This document shows, one piece after another, positions 29,458 through 38,799 of a stretch of DNA of 64,000 nucleotides. Each line of letters starts with the position of its first letter. Position 1 is the stretch's first letter. Under the pieces are notes generated by a model, which was not told the DNA's origin, searched no databases, and saw only the letters and a program-made list of their open reading frames with translations. Source of the stretch: Anaerolineae bacterium. Its GTDB lineage: Bacteria > Chloroflexota > Anaerolineae > B4-G1 > DUEL01. The position numbers and the translations under genes were made by a program. The stretch covers positions 1 through 64,000 of the forward strand of contig JBDOIF010000154.1 in NCBI GenBank assembly GCA_041082215.1. Reading direction: 5' to 3'.

Positions 29458-30564
29458 GTGAGTCAACTCAAGGGGAAGGCGGTGCGCGATCCAGGGGAAT
29501 GGCGGCAGGCGCTGGAGCGGCTGCCCGACCCCCACGTGCTCCAGAGCTGGGAATGGGGTGGCTTCAAAGAACGGTACGGCTGGCGGGCGACCCGCTGGCT
29601 CTGGGAGGAGGCGGGGGAGCCCCGAGCCGCCGCTCTGACGCTGACCCGACGGCCAGGCCCCCTCCCCGTCCAGGTGATGTACGTGCCGAAGGGGCCGGTG
29701 CTCGATTATGGCGATGGGGTGCTCCTTGCGGCGGTCCTTTCGGAGCTGGAGGGGCTGGCCCGGGCGGAGCGGGCCGTTTTTGTCAAGATAGACCCTGATG
29801 TGGAGGAGGAGAGCCCTCAGGGCAGGGACGTCACCTCCCTCCTGCTCGCCCGTGGATGGCGCCGCTCCCGCGAGCAGGTCCAGTTCCGCAGCACCCTTCT
29901 CCTTGACCTGACGCCGGAGCCCGAGGAAATCCTGGAACAGATGAAGGCAAAGTGGCGCTATAACATCCGGCTGGCGATGCGGCGCGGGGTGATGGTCCGG
30001 GAGGGAGGGCTGGCGGACCTGCCGCTCCTGTACCAGATGTACCGGGAGACCAGTCTGCGGAACCGCTTTGTGATCCGGCCCGAGGCCTATTATCGTGACG
30101 TATGGGCAACGTTTATGCAGGCTGGCATCGCTCGCTGTCTGATCGCCGAGGTGGAGGGGGAGCCAGCGGCGATGCTCATCCTCTACCGGTTTGGCCGTCG
30201 GGCCTGGTATATGTACGGGGCCTCCCGTTCCCATCGCCGGGAGTGGATGCCCAACCACCTCCTCCAGTGGGAAGCGATCCGGTGGGCAAGGGAGCAGGGG
30301 TGCCTCATCTATGACCTCTGGGGAGCGCCCGAGGTTCTGGACGAGTCCGACCCTCTTTGGGGAGTGTACCGCTTTAAGAGCGGGTTTGGCGGGAGGCTGG
30401 TGCGGTACATCGGAGCCTACGACTACCCAACCTCCCCTCTCTTTTACTGGCTATACACGGTTGCCGTTCCCCGCGTCCTTGCCCTGATGCGCCGGCGCTA
30501 CTGGTCACTGGAGGCCGGAAAGGGTAACGGCTCAGAGAGCAAACAGTTTCTCCAGGAAGCATGA
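29458..30564 (+). CDS. FemABX-family peptidyl transferase (lipid II interpeptide bridge)
   Basis: LQSWEWG.FK, YVPKGP, KWRYNIR.A, YMYGAS, YDLWG, GVYRFKSGFGG; TTGACA-17-CATCAT upstream. Confidence 0.9.
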   Translation: MSQLKGKAVRDPGEWRQALERLPDPHVLQSWEWGGFKERYGWRATRWLWEEAGEPRAAALTLTRRPGPLPVQVMYVPKGPVLDYGDGVLLAAVLSELEGLARAERAVFVKIDPDVEEESPQGRDVTSLLLARGWRRSREQVQFRSTLLLDLTPEPEEILEQMKAKWRYNIRLAMRRGVMVREGGLADLPLLYQMYRETSLRNRFVIRPEAYYRDVWATFMQAGIARCLIAEVEGEPAAMLILYRFGRRAWYMYGASRSHRREWMPNHLLQWEAIRWAREQGCLIYDLWGAPEVLDESDPLWGVYRFKSGFGGRLVRYIGAYDYPTSPLFYWLYTVAVPRVLALMRRRYWSLEAGKGNGSESKQFLQEA

Positions 30565-30640
30565 AGGGCGCAAAAAGCGCAGAGGAATCTGCACTCTTTG
30601 CGCCCCTGGCTGTCTGGAAAGTGCTGGCTGTGGGGAAAAG

Positions 30641-31285
30641 TTATTCCTCTTCCCGTTCCCTGCGCCGGGTCACCACTTCGGGCTCCGCCATTCCCTCTTC
30701 CACCACCTCTTCCTCTTCGGCGGACACCTCCAGCGGGCTCACGCGCACCACCATCTCTTCCGGGTCGGAAAGGATGCGGATTTTCGAGGGAACCGCCAGG
30801 TCGGCGACAGTGATCTGCTGATCCACCTCCGTCAACTGGCTCAGGTCCACCTCGATGGCCTCGATCAGGTCGCCAGCCATACATTCGATCTCGATCGTCT
30901 CAGCGCCCTGGAGCAGGATGCCATCCCGTCGCGCCACAACGGGCGATTCGCCGACCAGAACGATGGGGACCTCCACCGTGACCCTGGTGGTCATCTCCAC
31001 CTGATGGAAATCGAGATGGATCAGGTCCCTCCGGATCGGGTCCCGCTGCACATCCCGCACCAGCGCCTGCACCGGCCGCTTTTCGTCACTGATGTGAAGG
31101 GTGATCAACTGACTGGTGCCGGCTTCCCGGACCACGTTCTCCGCCTCAGGCGCCCGGACTACAAGGGGGCGGCTCACGACGCCAGAGCCGTAGATGACGG
31201 CTGGCACCCACCCCTCCTTTCGCAGATGGCGCACTTTCTTGCCCATCACCGTCCGTGGCTCAGCATTTAACTCAATCTTGGCCAT
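30641..31285 (-). CDS. rplY: 50S ribosomal protein L25 (CTC type)
   Basis: R...GK....LR..G.VPAVIYG, Q.DP....IHLDF, acidic tail; start re-assigned to MAKIELN after GGAGG. Confidence 0.93.
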   Translation of the reverse strand: MAKIELNAEPRTVMGKKVRHLRKEGWVPAVIYGSGVVSRPLVVRAPEAENVVREAGTSQLITLHISDEKRPVQALVRDVQRDPIRRDLIHLDFHQVEMTTRVTVEVPIVLVGESPVVARRDGILLQGAETIEIECMAGDLIEAIEVDLSQLTEVDQQITVADLAVPSKIRILSDPEEMVVRVSPLEVSAEEEEVVEEGMAEPEVVTRRREREEE

Positions 31286-31375
31286 ATTTCCTCCCATAAC
31301 CATCAGGACCTCTGGAGGGCCCGCGTTCTGGACAACCAAAAAGGCGGGACCTGGCCCGCCTGGCCTGCGAGGATT

Positions 31376-31404
31376 ATTCTAAACCAACTCCTGCCTTTCG
31401 TCAA
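31376..31404 (-). promoter_or_regulatory. Sigma70 promoter of rplY
   Basis: TTGACG-17 nt-TAGAAT. Confidence 0.7.
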
Positions 31405-31421
31405 GTGGGATGCTTGTGGTG

Positions 31422-31612
31422 GGGCGTATTTCCATTTCGGGGCGAGTGGTCCTCCCGCCCGCTGGTGGATCGTGAATCCCACGAATGGCCCGAATACCGC
31501 GAACAGGAGGAATCCCTGCCCCATTCGCGGTATTCGTTTCCATTCGCGCCATTCGTGTTTCCCCAGGTCCGGTCCTGGCCAGGGACATCTCGCCCCGAAA
31601 CCGAAACACACC
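31422..31612. mobile_element. MITE-like element (about 191 bp) with a 10-11 bp target-site duplication
   Basis: TIR core TTTCGGGGCGAG / CTCGCCCCGAAA within about 24-bp imperfect TIRs; TGCTTGTGGTG repeated at 31411-31421 and 31613-31623; internal CGAAT/ATTCG periodic palindrome. Confidence 0.8.
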
Positions 31613-31696
31613 TGCTTGTGGTGCGATCACGCCCATTTGCCGCCCATCCCGGCCGTAGTATAATTATTTTCGGCCAGAACTTACGCAGGGGAAGCG

Positions 31697-32851
31697 ATGG
31701 AAAGCAGGGACATCGAAAGCAGACTCACCGCCTTTCGGGCGGAGATGAAGGCCGCCACCGACGTCTGTACCTATCTGGATCATGCCGCTGTCTCCCCTCT
31801 CCCCTGCCGGGTTCGTCAGGCAATGGCCCGGTATGTGGACCGTCGGGGGGTGACCTTCGGCTTCCAGGAGGAGTACGAATCCATCGCTCCCCGCCTCCGG
31901 GCTGCTATTGCCCGCCTCATCGGCGCCGTCCCCGAAGAGATCGGGTTCGTCCAGAACACCAGCCACGGCCTCAACATCGCTGCCCAGTCGCTGCCGCTGA
32001 AGCCCGGGGATAACGTCCTTTTCTGTGATATGGAGTTCCCCTCCAACGTCTATCCCTGGATGCTCCTGGAGCGGCAGCGAGGGGTGGAGGCCCGCTGTGT
32101 CCCCCACGACGGGGGCGGGCTTACCCTGGAGGCGCTGGAGAAGCATGCCGACGGCCGAACCCGCGTCGTCGCCGTCAGCTCGGTCGAGTTCCTCACCGGC
32201 TTCCGCACCGATCTGGAGGGGATAGGGGCCTGGTGTCGGGAGCGGGGTATTTACTTTGTGGTGGACGGAATCCAGTCGGTGGGGGCTGTTCCGCTGGATG
32301 CGCGGGCCTGTCACATTGATCTGCTCTCATGTGGCGGGCCGAAGTGGTTGATGGGGCCGATCGGCATCGGCTTCCTCTACTGTCGCCAGGAGCTGTTGGA
32401 GGAACTGACGCCCCCTATGGCCGGCTGTATCAGCGTGGTCGGCTGGGAGAACTGGCGGGATTATAACCTGACCTTTCTGCCCAGCGCGGCCCGGTTCGAG
32501 CTGGGCGGCTCCAACCTGGTGGGGATGGTAGGGCTGCTGGCATCTGTGGAGCTTCTGCTGGAGGTCGGCGTGGCGGCCATCCACGCCCATACCCTCCACC
32601 TCACCGACCTCCTGGCCGCCGATCTCCAGAAACGGGGGTATCAGGTGGTCAGCAACCTGGAGCCGGCCCGTCGTTCTGCCATCCTCTCCTTTGCCGTGCC
32701 GGGCGACCCCCGGGCCGCCCATGCCCGCCTCCTGGAGGCCGGCGTGGCCGTCTCGCTGCGGGAAAGCTACATCCGCGTCAGTCCCCACGGCTATAACACC
32801 GAAGAGGAAATCGCCCGCGTCGGAGAGGTGCTGGGAGATGTGAAGGAGTAA
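31697..32851 (+). CDS. Class V PLP aminotransferase (cysteine desulfurase/selenocysteine lyase-like)
   Basis: YLDHAAVSP, EFPSN, VDGIQSVG, GGPKWLMGP, RVSPHGYN. Confidence 0.88.
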   Translation: MESRDIESRLTAFRAEMKAATDVCTYLDHAAVSPLPCRVRQAMARYVDRRGVTFGFQEEYESIAPRLRAAIARLIGAVPEEIGFVQNTSHGLNIAAQSLPLKPGDNVLFCDMEFPSNVYPWMLLERQRGVEARCVPHDGGGLTLEALEKHADGRTRVVAVSSVEFLTGFRTDLEGIGAWCRERGIYFVVDGIQSVGAVPLDARACHIDLLSCGGPKWLMGPIGIGFLYCRQELLEELTPPMAGCISVVGWENWRDYNLTFLPSAARFELGGSNLVGMVGLLASVELLLEVGVAAIHAHTLHLTDLLAADLQKRGYQVVSNLEPARRSAILSFAVPGDPRAAHARLLEAGVAVSLRESYIRVSPHGYNTEEEIARVGEVLGDVKE

Positions 32852-32935
32852 CCACGGAGAAGATAATTTCTAAGGCTCCGTGAAACCCCGTGCTCTCTGC
32901 GTCTCTGTGGTTGAAAACCTGAGGGAGAAAAGGGT

Positions 32936-34225
32936 ATGGCGAAAGCGGGAGAAGCGACGGTTGTCTCAGCCGGGTTTGTTCCCCCTATGCCCCGCTCGGT
33001 GGAGGATACGGGGCTCAGCCTGGGCTTTCTGACTGACCTGGCCCTCAAGGTGATGTACTTCGAAGGCTACCTTTCCGGCTATGAGCTGGCGGAGCGGATG
33101 AAGCTCCCCTACGCCGGAGTGGTGGACCAGGTGCTGGAGTTCCTCAAACGGGAGAAGCTCTGCGAGGTGAAAGGGGCTGGCGGCTTCGCTGAGGCCGCCT
33201 ACCAGTACGCCATCGCCGACAAGGGCCGGCTGATGGCCCGGGAAGCGCTGGACCGAAACCACTACGCCGGCCCTGCGCCGGTCCCCCTGGAAGCCTATAG
33301 CGAGGCGATCCGCAAGCAGCCGCTCGGCCAGGTTGTGGTCCATCAGCGGACGATGCGCCAGGCCCTGGCCCATCTGGTGGTCAGCGAGGAGACCTTCTCC
33401 CAACTGGGGCCGGCGGTCAACTCCGGTAAGTCCATCTTCCTCTTCGGCCCCCCCGGCAACGGCAAGACTGCCATCGCCGAGTCCATCGGCCAGATGGTGC
33501 TGGGGAACGCGATGTACATCCCCTATGCCGTCGAGGTGGACGGGCAGGTGATCAAGGTGTTCGACAGCGTCAACCACGTGCTGGCGGAGCCGCCGGCCAG
33601 CGCCCGCTCCGTGGATCCCCGCTGGGTTTGCATCCGCCGCCCGGTCATCACCACCGGCGGGGAGCTGACACTGGAGGCGCTCGATCTGGTCTACGATGAG
33701 ACCAACAAGTATTACGAGGCCCCCTACCAGATGAAGGCCAACGGAGGGATGCTCCTCATTGACGACTTTGGCCGTCAGCAGGTCCGCCCCCGTGACCTGC
33801 TGAACCGCTGGATCGTGCCGCTGGAGAAGCGGGTGGATTATTTGACCCTGCACACGGGCCGCAAGATCGAGGTCCCGTTCGATGTGCTGATCGTCTTCTC
33901 CACCAACCTGGCCCCGAAGGACCTGGTGGACGAGGCGTTCCTGCGCCGTATCCGGCATAAGATCGAGATCAAGAACCCCACCTTCGACGAGTACCGGGAG
34001 ATCTTCCGCCGGGTCTGCGCCAGCCGGGGGGTGCCTTACAGCGACGAGGGGCTTCGCTACCTCCTCCAGGAGTACTACATCAAACCGCGACGTCCTCTGC
34101 GGGCCTGCCACCCACGGGACATTGTGGACCAGTTGCTGGACATCGCCCGTTACCTGAACGTCCCTCCCACCCTCAGCAAGGACCTGATTGACCGGGCCTG
34201 TTCGGCCTACTTTGTCGAACTATGA
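32936..34225 (+). CDS. Uncharacterised AAA+ ATPase with an N-terminal extension
   Basis: GPPGNGKT, IDDFGRQ, STNL, EAFLRR. Confidence 0.85.
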   Translation: MAKAGEATVVSAGFVPPMPRSVEDTGLSLGFLTDLALKVMYFEGYLSGYELAERMKLPYAGVVDQVLEFLKREKLCEVKGAGGFAEAAYQYAIADKGRLMAREALDRNHYAGPAPVPLEAYSEAIRKQPLGQVVVHQRTMRQALAHLVVSEETFSQLGPAVNSGKSIFLFGPPGNGKTAIAESIGQMVLGNAMYIPYAVEVDGQVIKVFDSVNHVLAEPPASARSVDPRWVCIRRPVITTGGELTLEALDLVYDETNKYYEAPYQMKANGGMLLIDDFGRQQVRPRDLLNRWIVPLEKRVDYLTLHTGRKIEVPFDVLIVFSTNLAPKDLVDEAFLRRIRHKIEIKNPTFDEYREIFRRVCASRGVPYSDEGLRYLLQEYYIKPRRPLRACHPRDIVDQLLDIARYLNVPPTLSKDLIDRACSAYFVEL

Positions 34226-35028
34226 GCTCTCTCTGGTTGACCGCTGACCACATATTGAACATCGCTCATCAGGGGGCCAACAAGCTCGCCCCGGCCAACA
34301 CCCTTCCCGCCTTCCTCAAGGCTGCGGAGCTGGGAGCGGATGGGGTGGAGCTGGATGCTCACCTCTCTGCCGACGGGGTTCCAGTGGTGATCCACGATTC
34401 CACCGTGGACCGCACGACCGACGGCAGCGGACGGGTAGCCGACCTCCCGCTGGCTGCCCTCAAAGAGCTGGACGCTGGCTCCTGGTTTGACCCCGCCTTT
34501 GCTGGCGAACGGATCCCCACGCTGGAGGAGGTTTTCGCCACAGTGGGAGACCGGCTGCTGATCAATGTGGAGCTGAAGGTGTCGCCCCGGGAGGATCGGG
34601 GGCTGGAGGCAGCGGTGGTGGGGCTGGTGGAGCGGTACGGCCTGGCCGATCGGATTCTTGTCTCTTCCTTCAACCCTCTCGCGCTGCGCCGGGTACGGCG
34701 GCTGGCTCCCCACCTGCCCCTGGGCTTCCTTTACTACCCCGCTCCCCTCTTTCGGCTGGCCCGCTTCCTGGCCTGGTTGATGCGCGACCTGCGGCCTGAG
34801 TTCTCCAACCTGTACGGTCCGCTGATCCGCCCCGCCATCGTCCGGCGCACTCATGCCCGCGGCCAGCGGCTCATCGCCTGGACGGTGGACGAGGTGGATG
34901 CGATGCGTCAACTGGTGATGTGGGGGGTAGATGGGATTATCACCAACCGGCCGGACCGGCTGCTGAATTTGTCGGACAACTCCGTGGGGTTGTCCAACAA
35001 TGCAGGTGGGAACGAGTCGCGTGAATAG
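34222..35028 (+). CDS. Glycerophosphodiester phosphodiesterase
   Basis: IAHQG, ANTL.AF, ELD..LSADG..VVIHD, IPTLEE, ELK, SSF, WTVD, GIITNRP. Confidence 0.9.
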   Translation: MSSLWLTADHILNIAHQGANKLAPANTLPAFLKAAELGADGVELDAHLSADGVPVVIHDSTVDRTTDGSGRVADLPLAALKELDAGSWFDPAFAGERIPTLEEVFATVGDRLLINVELKVSPREDRGLEAAVVGLVERYGLADRILVSSFNPLALRRVRRLAPHLPLGFLYYPAPLFRLARFLAWLMRDLRPEFSNLYGPLIRPAIVRRTHARGQRLIAWTVDEVDAMRQLVMWGVDGIITNRPDRLLNLSDNSVGLSNNAGGNESRE

Positions 35029-35038
35029 GAGAATCCCG

Positions 35039-35941
35039 ATGACGGCGAAGATCATCCTCAACCCTTACGCGGGCCGATGGAAGGCGCAGCGGGCGATCCC
35101 GGATGTGGAGCGGGCCTGCGCCGAGGTGGGGCTGGATTACGAACTGGCGGTCACCGAGGGGCCGGGCCACGGGATTGAGCTGGCCCGGGAGGCGCTGCTG
35201 GCTGGTTACTGCCCCATCATCTCCGCCGGGGGCGACGGCTCTATCAGCGAGGTGGTCAACGGGATGCTGACGGCCACAGGAGGGGAGCGGCCGGAGGTCC
35301 CCCTGGGCATTATCCCCCTGGGTTCCGCCGACGACCTGGCCGACCAGCTCGGCCTGCCCAAAGACATCGCCGAAGCCTGCCGGGTCATCCGCGCCGGCCA
35401 CGAGCGGCTGCTGGACCTGGGGCGGGTGAACGGCCGGTACTTCGACAACAATTCCGCCGTGGGGCTGGAACCGATGGTCACCGTCACCCAGGAGCAGATG
35501 AAGCGGGTGAAGGGGACCCCCCGTTACATCCTGGCAGCGGTACAGACCATCCTCTCCCACCGGCCCTGGCAGATGCGGATCCGATGGGATGGGGGGGAGT
35601 ACGAGGGGAAAGCGACGCTGGTCTCGGTGGGGAACACCCGGCGGACCGGCGGGGCGTTCTACATGACGCCGCGCGCCGAGCCAGACGACGGCCTGCTGGA
35701 TTTCGTTTACGCCAGGGGAATGGGACGGCTCAGGCTTCTACGGCTGCTGCCCACCACCTTCGACGGCAGCCACGTCGGGAAACCAGGGGTCTATTATGAG
35801 CGAACTGCCCGGCTGGAGATCACCTGCGACCCGTCCACCCCCATCCAGGCCGATGGAGAGCTCTTCGATCGGGCTGCCACCCACATTACCTACGAAATCC
35901 TCCCCGCCAGCCTCCGCGTCCTTGTCCCAGCCCCCCAGTAA
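35039..35941 (+). CDS. Diacylglycerol kinase family (YegS/DgkB-like) lipid kinase
   Basis: ILNPYAG, GGDGSISEVVNG, IPLGS.DD, QADGE. Confidence 0.9.
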   Translation: MTAKIILNPYAGRWKAQRAIPDVERACAEVGLDYELAVTEGPGHGIELAREALLAGYCPIISAGGDGSISEVVNGMLTATGGERPEVPLGIIPLGSADDLADQLGLPKDIAEACRVIRAGHERLLDLGRVNGRYFDNNSAVGLEPMVTVTQEQMKRVKGTPRYILAAVQTILSHRPWQMRIRWDGGEYEGKATLVSVGNTRRTGGAFYMTPRAEPDDGLLDFVYARGMGRLRLLRLLPTTFDGSHVGKPGVYYERTARLEITCDPSTPIQADGELFDRAATHITYEILPASLRVLVPAPQ

Positions 35942-35981
35942 CCCAGTAACCCAATAACCCAGCAACCCAATAACCCAGCCA
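35934..35981. repeat. Octamer tandem repeat CCCA(G/A)(T/C)AA, six units
   Basis: The first unit contains the lipid kinase stop codon; the array fills the gap between convergent genes. Confidence 0.85.
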
Positions 35982-35986
35982 CCCCC

Positions 35987-36739
35987 TCACCCAACCGCCC
36001 CACACGCCGGACACCCTGGTTGGGGAGCAAAAGCCACTTCCTCGAACGTCCCGCTCCATCCGTCCCACACCAGCAACCTCCCCACCAGAGGCCTGCCGAT
36101 CCCCAGGAGCACCTTCACCCCCTCCACTGCCTCCAGCGCCCCCATTGTGCCTGCCACCGCTCCCAGTATCCCCACCTCCCGGGCGGTCGGTGCGGCGCTG
36201 GGATCGAAGGAGGGGGGGAACAGGCATCGGTAGCACGGTCCCCGCCCCGGCAGCACCACCGACATCTGCCCCTCCCAGGCCAGCACCGAAGCCCAAACCA
36301 GGGGGGTCCCGGCCCGTATGCATGCCTGGTTGACCAGGAACTTGGTCTCGAACGTATCGGAGCACTCCACCACCAGATCGTAGGCTGCCGCCAGCTCCAG
36401 CGCCCGCTCGGGCGTCAACCGCTCAGAGTAGGGGATCACCCGCAGGGAAGGGTAGAGAGCGGTGAGCCGTCGAGCCGCGGAGTCGGTTTTGGGCTTTCCC
36501 AGGCTATCCGCCGTGTGCAGGATCTGCCGGTTGAGGTTGGAAAGGGCCACCCGGTCGAAGTCCACGATCCCCAGGACCCCCACCCCTGCGGCGGTCAGAT
36601 AGAAACAGGCGGCAGAACCCAGCCCCCCTGCGCCGATCACCAGCACCCGGGCGGACCTGAGCCGCTCCTGTCCTGCCTCACCGACCCCCTCCAGCACCAG
36701 TTGGCGGGCGAACCGCTCCCGTTCCTCCGCGCTCAGCAC
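35987..36739 (-). CDS. MoeB/ThiF-family adenylyltransferase
   Basis: GTG start after GAGGAGG; RFARQ, GAGGLG, D.V..SNLNRQ, PCYRCLF, CPAC; no rhodanese domain. Confidence 0.9.
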   Translation of the reverse strand: MLSAEERERFARQLVLEGVGEAGQERLRSARVLVIGAGGLGSAACFYLTAAGVGVLGIVDFDRVALSNLNRQILHTADSLGKPKTDSAARRLTALYPSLRVIPYSERLTPERALELAAAYDLVVECSDTFETKFLVNQACIRAGTPLVWASVLAWEGQMSVVLPGRGPCYRCLFPPSFDPSAAPTAREVGILGAVAGTMGALEAVEGVKVLLGIGRPLVGRLLVWDGWSGTFEEVAFAPQPGCPACGAVG

Positions 36740-36952
36740 ATGCCACCTCCTCGTCCCTCTTCGTGTCCCCTGTGGCTCTGGGGGGTTGATATACTCAGAA
36801 GCGTTTGGGCCGCTGAGATTATACTCTCTTCGAGGAGGCGGGGCAATCGCGAACCTCGGGACTTGACAAAGGGGCTGCTTCCTGCCATACTCCCCACCAA
36901 CGTTTCGCGGACCCGGCTGTTCGGCCTGGCCACTGCGCGGGAGGAGGACCCT

Positions 36953-37726
36953 GTGGAGCAGCTTTTTCTTCAACTGTTCGGCGGAAACCACATCTTGATG
37001 GGAATTGTCGGAACCGTTTTGACCGGATTCGCCACCGGGGCTGGGGCGCTGCCGGTCCTTTTCACCACCCGGGTCCCGGAGCGGTTGCTGGACGCGCTCC
37101 TGGGGTTCGCGGCGGGGGTGATGCTGGCCGCCACCGCCTTCAGCCTTATCGTCCCTTCCATCGAACTGGGGGGCATCTGGCCAGCGGTCCTGGGTATCCT
37201 GCTGGGAGCCCTTTTTCTGGCAGCCCTTGACCACCTTCTCCCCCACACTCACCTGATCAAAGGGGCCGAGGGGCCTTCGTCCAGCCTTCGCCGCACCTGG
37301 TTGCTCGTCATCGCCATCACCCTTCACAACTTCCCGGAGGGGCTGGCCGTGGGAGTGGGGTTCGGGGCGGAGCGGCTTTCGGACGCTATCGCCCTGATGG
37401 TCGCCATCGGCCTGCAGAATATGCCGGAGGGACTGGCCGTGGCCCTCCCGCTGGTGCGGGAGCAGTGGCCCCGGGGGAGGGCGCTGCTCTACGCCCTGGG
37501 GTCGGGGATGGCGGAGCCTGTAGCGGGCGTCTTCGGTGTGCTGGCGGTCACCCTGATGCAGCCCCTTCTCCCCTGGGGACTGGCCTTCGCTGCCGGGGCG
37601 ATGCTCTACGTCGTCTCCGACGAGATCATCCCTGAAACCCACAGCCGGGGCTTTGAGCAGGAGGGGACGTGGGGGGTGATCGTCGGCTTCCTGGTGATGA
37701 TGTTCCTGGATAACGCGCTGGGATAA
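36953..37726 (+). CDS. ZIP-family (ZupT/GufA) metal transporter
   Basis: GFAAGVML, LHNFPEG.AVG, IGLQNMPEG, EIIPE; GTG start after GAGGAGG; TTGACA-17-CATACT upstream. Confidence 0.9.
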   Translation: MEQLFLQLFGGNHILMGIVGTVLTGFATGAGALPVLFTTRVPERLLDALLGFAAGVMLAATAFSLIVPSIELGGIWPAVLGILLGALFLAALDHLLPHTHLIKGAEGPSSSLRRTWLLVIAITLHNFPEGLAVGVGFGAERLSDAIALMVAIGLQNMPEGLAVALPLVREQWPRGRALLYALGSGMAEPVAGVFGVLAVTLMQPLLPWGLAFAAGAMLYVVSDEIIPETHSRGFEQEGTWGVIVGFLVMMFLDNALG

Positions 37727-37789
37727 ATTTGAAATTGGTGGCCGCGAACCCTTGATTTTCTGTCCGTTCCGTTGTATCATGCCACCCTG

Positions 37790-38470
37790 ATGACTCGACC
37801 GACCGTCAAGATCGCTCCTTCCATACTCGCCGCAGACTTCGCCCACCTGGGTGACGCCGTGGCGGAAGCGGAGGCCGCTGGAGCTGACTATATCCATGTG
37901 GATGTGATGGATGGGCGATACGTGCCCAATATCACCGTCGGGCTGCCGGTTGTGGCGGCGCTCCGCCGCGTCACCCATCTCCCTCTGGACGTCCACCTGA
38001 TGATCGTGGAGCCGGAGCGGTACCTGGAGGCTTTTGCCAGGGCGGGAGCCGACATCCTCACCGTGCAGGTGGAGGCCTGTCTGCACCTGCATCGGGCCTT
38101 GCAGGTTCTGCACAGCCTGGGGGTGCGGGCAGGGGTGGCCCTCAATCCGGCCACGCCGCCGCTTGCGATCAGCCAGGTGCTGAGGGATCTGGACCTGGTG
38201 CTGGTGATGACCGTCAATCCGGGGTTTGGAGGGCAGGCGCTGATCCCCACCATGCTGCCCAAGATCGCCGAGGTCCGCCGTATGCTGGATGAGGCGGGGA
38301 GCCCGGCGGAGCTGGAGGTGGATGGGGGGATCTCCCCTCAGACCGCCCCCCAGGTCGTGCGGGCGGGCGCGCGAGTGCTGGTGGCCGGGGAGGCGATCTA
38401 CGGGGCGCCGGAAGGAGTTGGCCCGGCCATTCAGGCGATGCGCCTGGCGCTGGAGAGTCGCTACCTTTAA
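37790..38470 (+). CDS. rpe: Ribulose-phosphate 3-epimerase
   Basis: IAPSILAADF, HVDVMDG, DVHLMI, MTVNPGFGGQ, EVDGG. Confidence 0.95.
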   Translation: MTRPTVKIAPSILAADFAHLGDAVAEAEAAGADYIHVDVMDGRYVPNITVGLPVVAALRRVTHLPLDVHLMIVEPERYLEAFARAGADILTVQVEACLHLHRALQVLHSLGVRAGVALNPATPPLAISQVLRDLDLVLVMTVNPGFGGQALIPTMLPKIAEVRRMLDEAGSPAELEVDGGISPQTAPQVVRAGARVLVAGEAIYGAPEGVGPAIQAMRLALESRYL

Positions 38471-38505
38471 AAAAAACAAAGCGCCAGCCTTTGGGAGGCC
38501 GGCGC
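38469..38505 (-). terminator. Intrinsic terminator of rpmB
   Basis: GCGCC..GCCT/AGGC..GGCGC hairpin followed by a T-rich run on the minus strand. Confidence 0.65.
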
Positions 38506-38530
38506 GACGACAACGGATCAGCCGGCAGGG

Positions 38531-38713
38531 TTATTGACCCTTGTTCAACGTGCGCAGGCAACGGGTGCAGAGGTACATCCGCCGTACCTTTCCTCCCATA
38601 ATTATCCGCACCCGCTGAATGTTGGGGTTGAACCGGCGATTGGTGGCCCGCTTGGAGTGACTCACGTTGTGCCCAAACTGGGGCCCCTTGCCACAGATCT
38701 CACACTTTGCCAT
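38531..38713 (-). CDS. rpmB: 50S ribosomal protein L28 (zinc-binding type)
   Basis: CEICGK...GHNVSHS...RRFNPNIQ...CTRCLR. Confidence 0.96.
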   Translation of the reverse strand: MAKCEICGKGPQFGHNVSHSKRATNRRFNPNIQRVRIIMGGKVRRMYLCTRCLRTLNKGQ

Positions 38714-38799
38714 TTTCTACCACTCCCTGATTCGATGAGAACGGGGTATATCATACCATAGCCACGCATTTTGTGCAAACCGGACCTGTCAGGAGAAAG

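Noticed and set aside
32936..34225. AAA ATPase as part of a defence system
   Set aside because: No adjacent nuclease, methylase or effector; neighbours are lipid-metabolism genes.
35987..38479. 830-aa and 568-aa ORFs suggesting large MoeB or ZIP fusions
   Set aside because: The N-terminal extensions are antisense to zupT/rpe or moeB; real starts with SD sequences are at 36739 (-) and 36953 (+).
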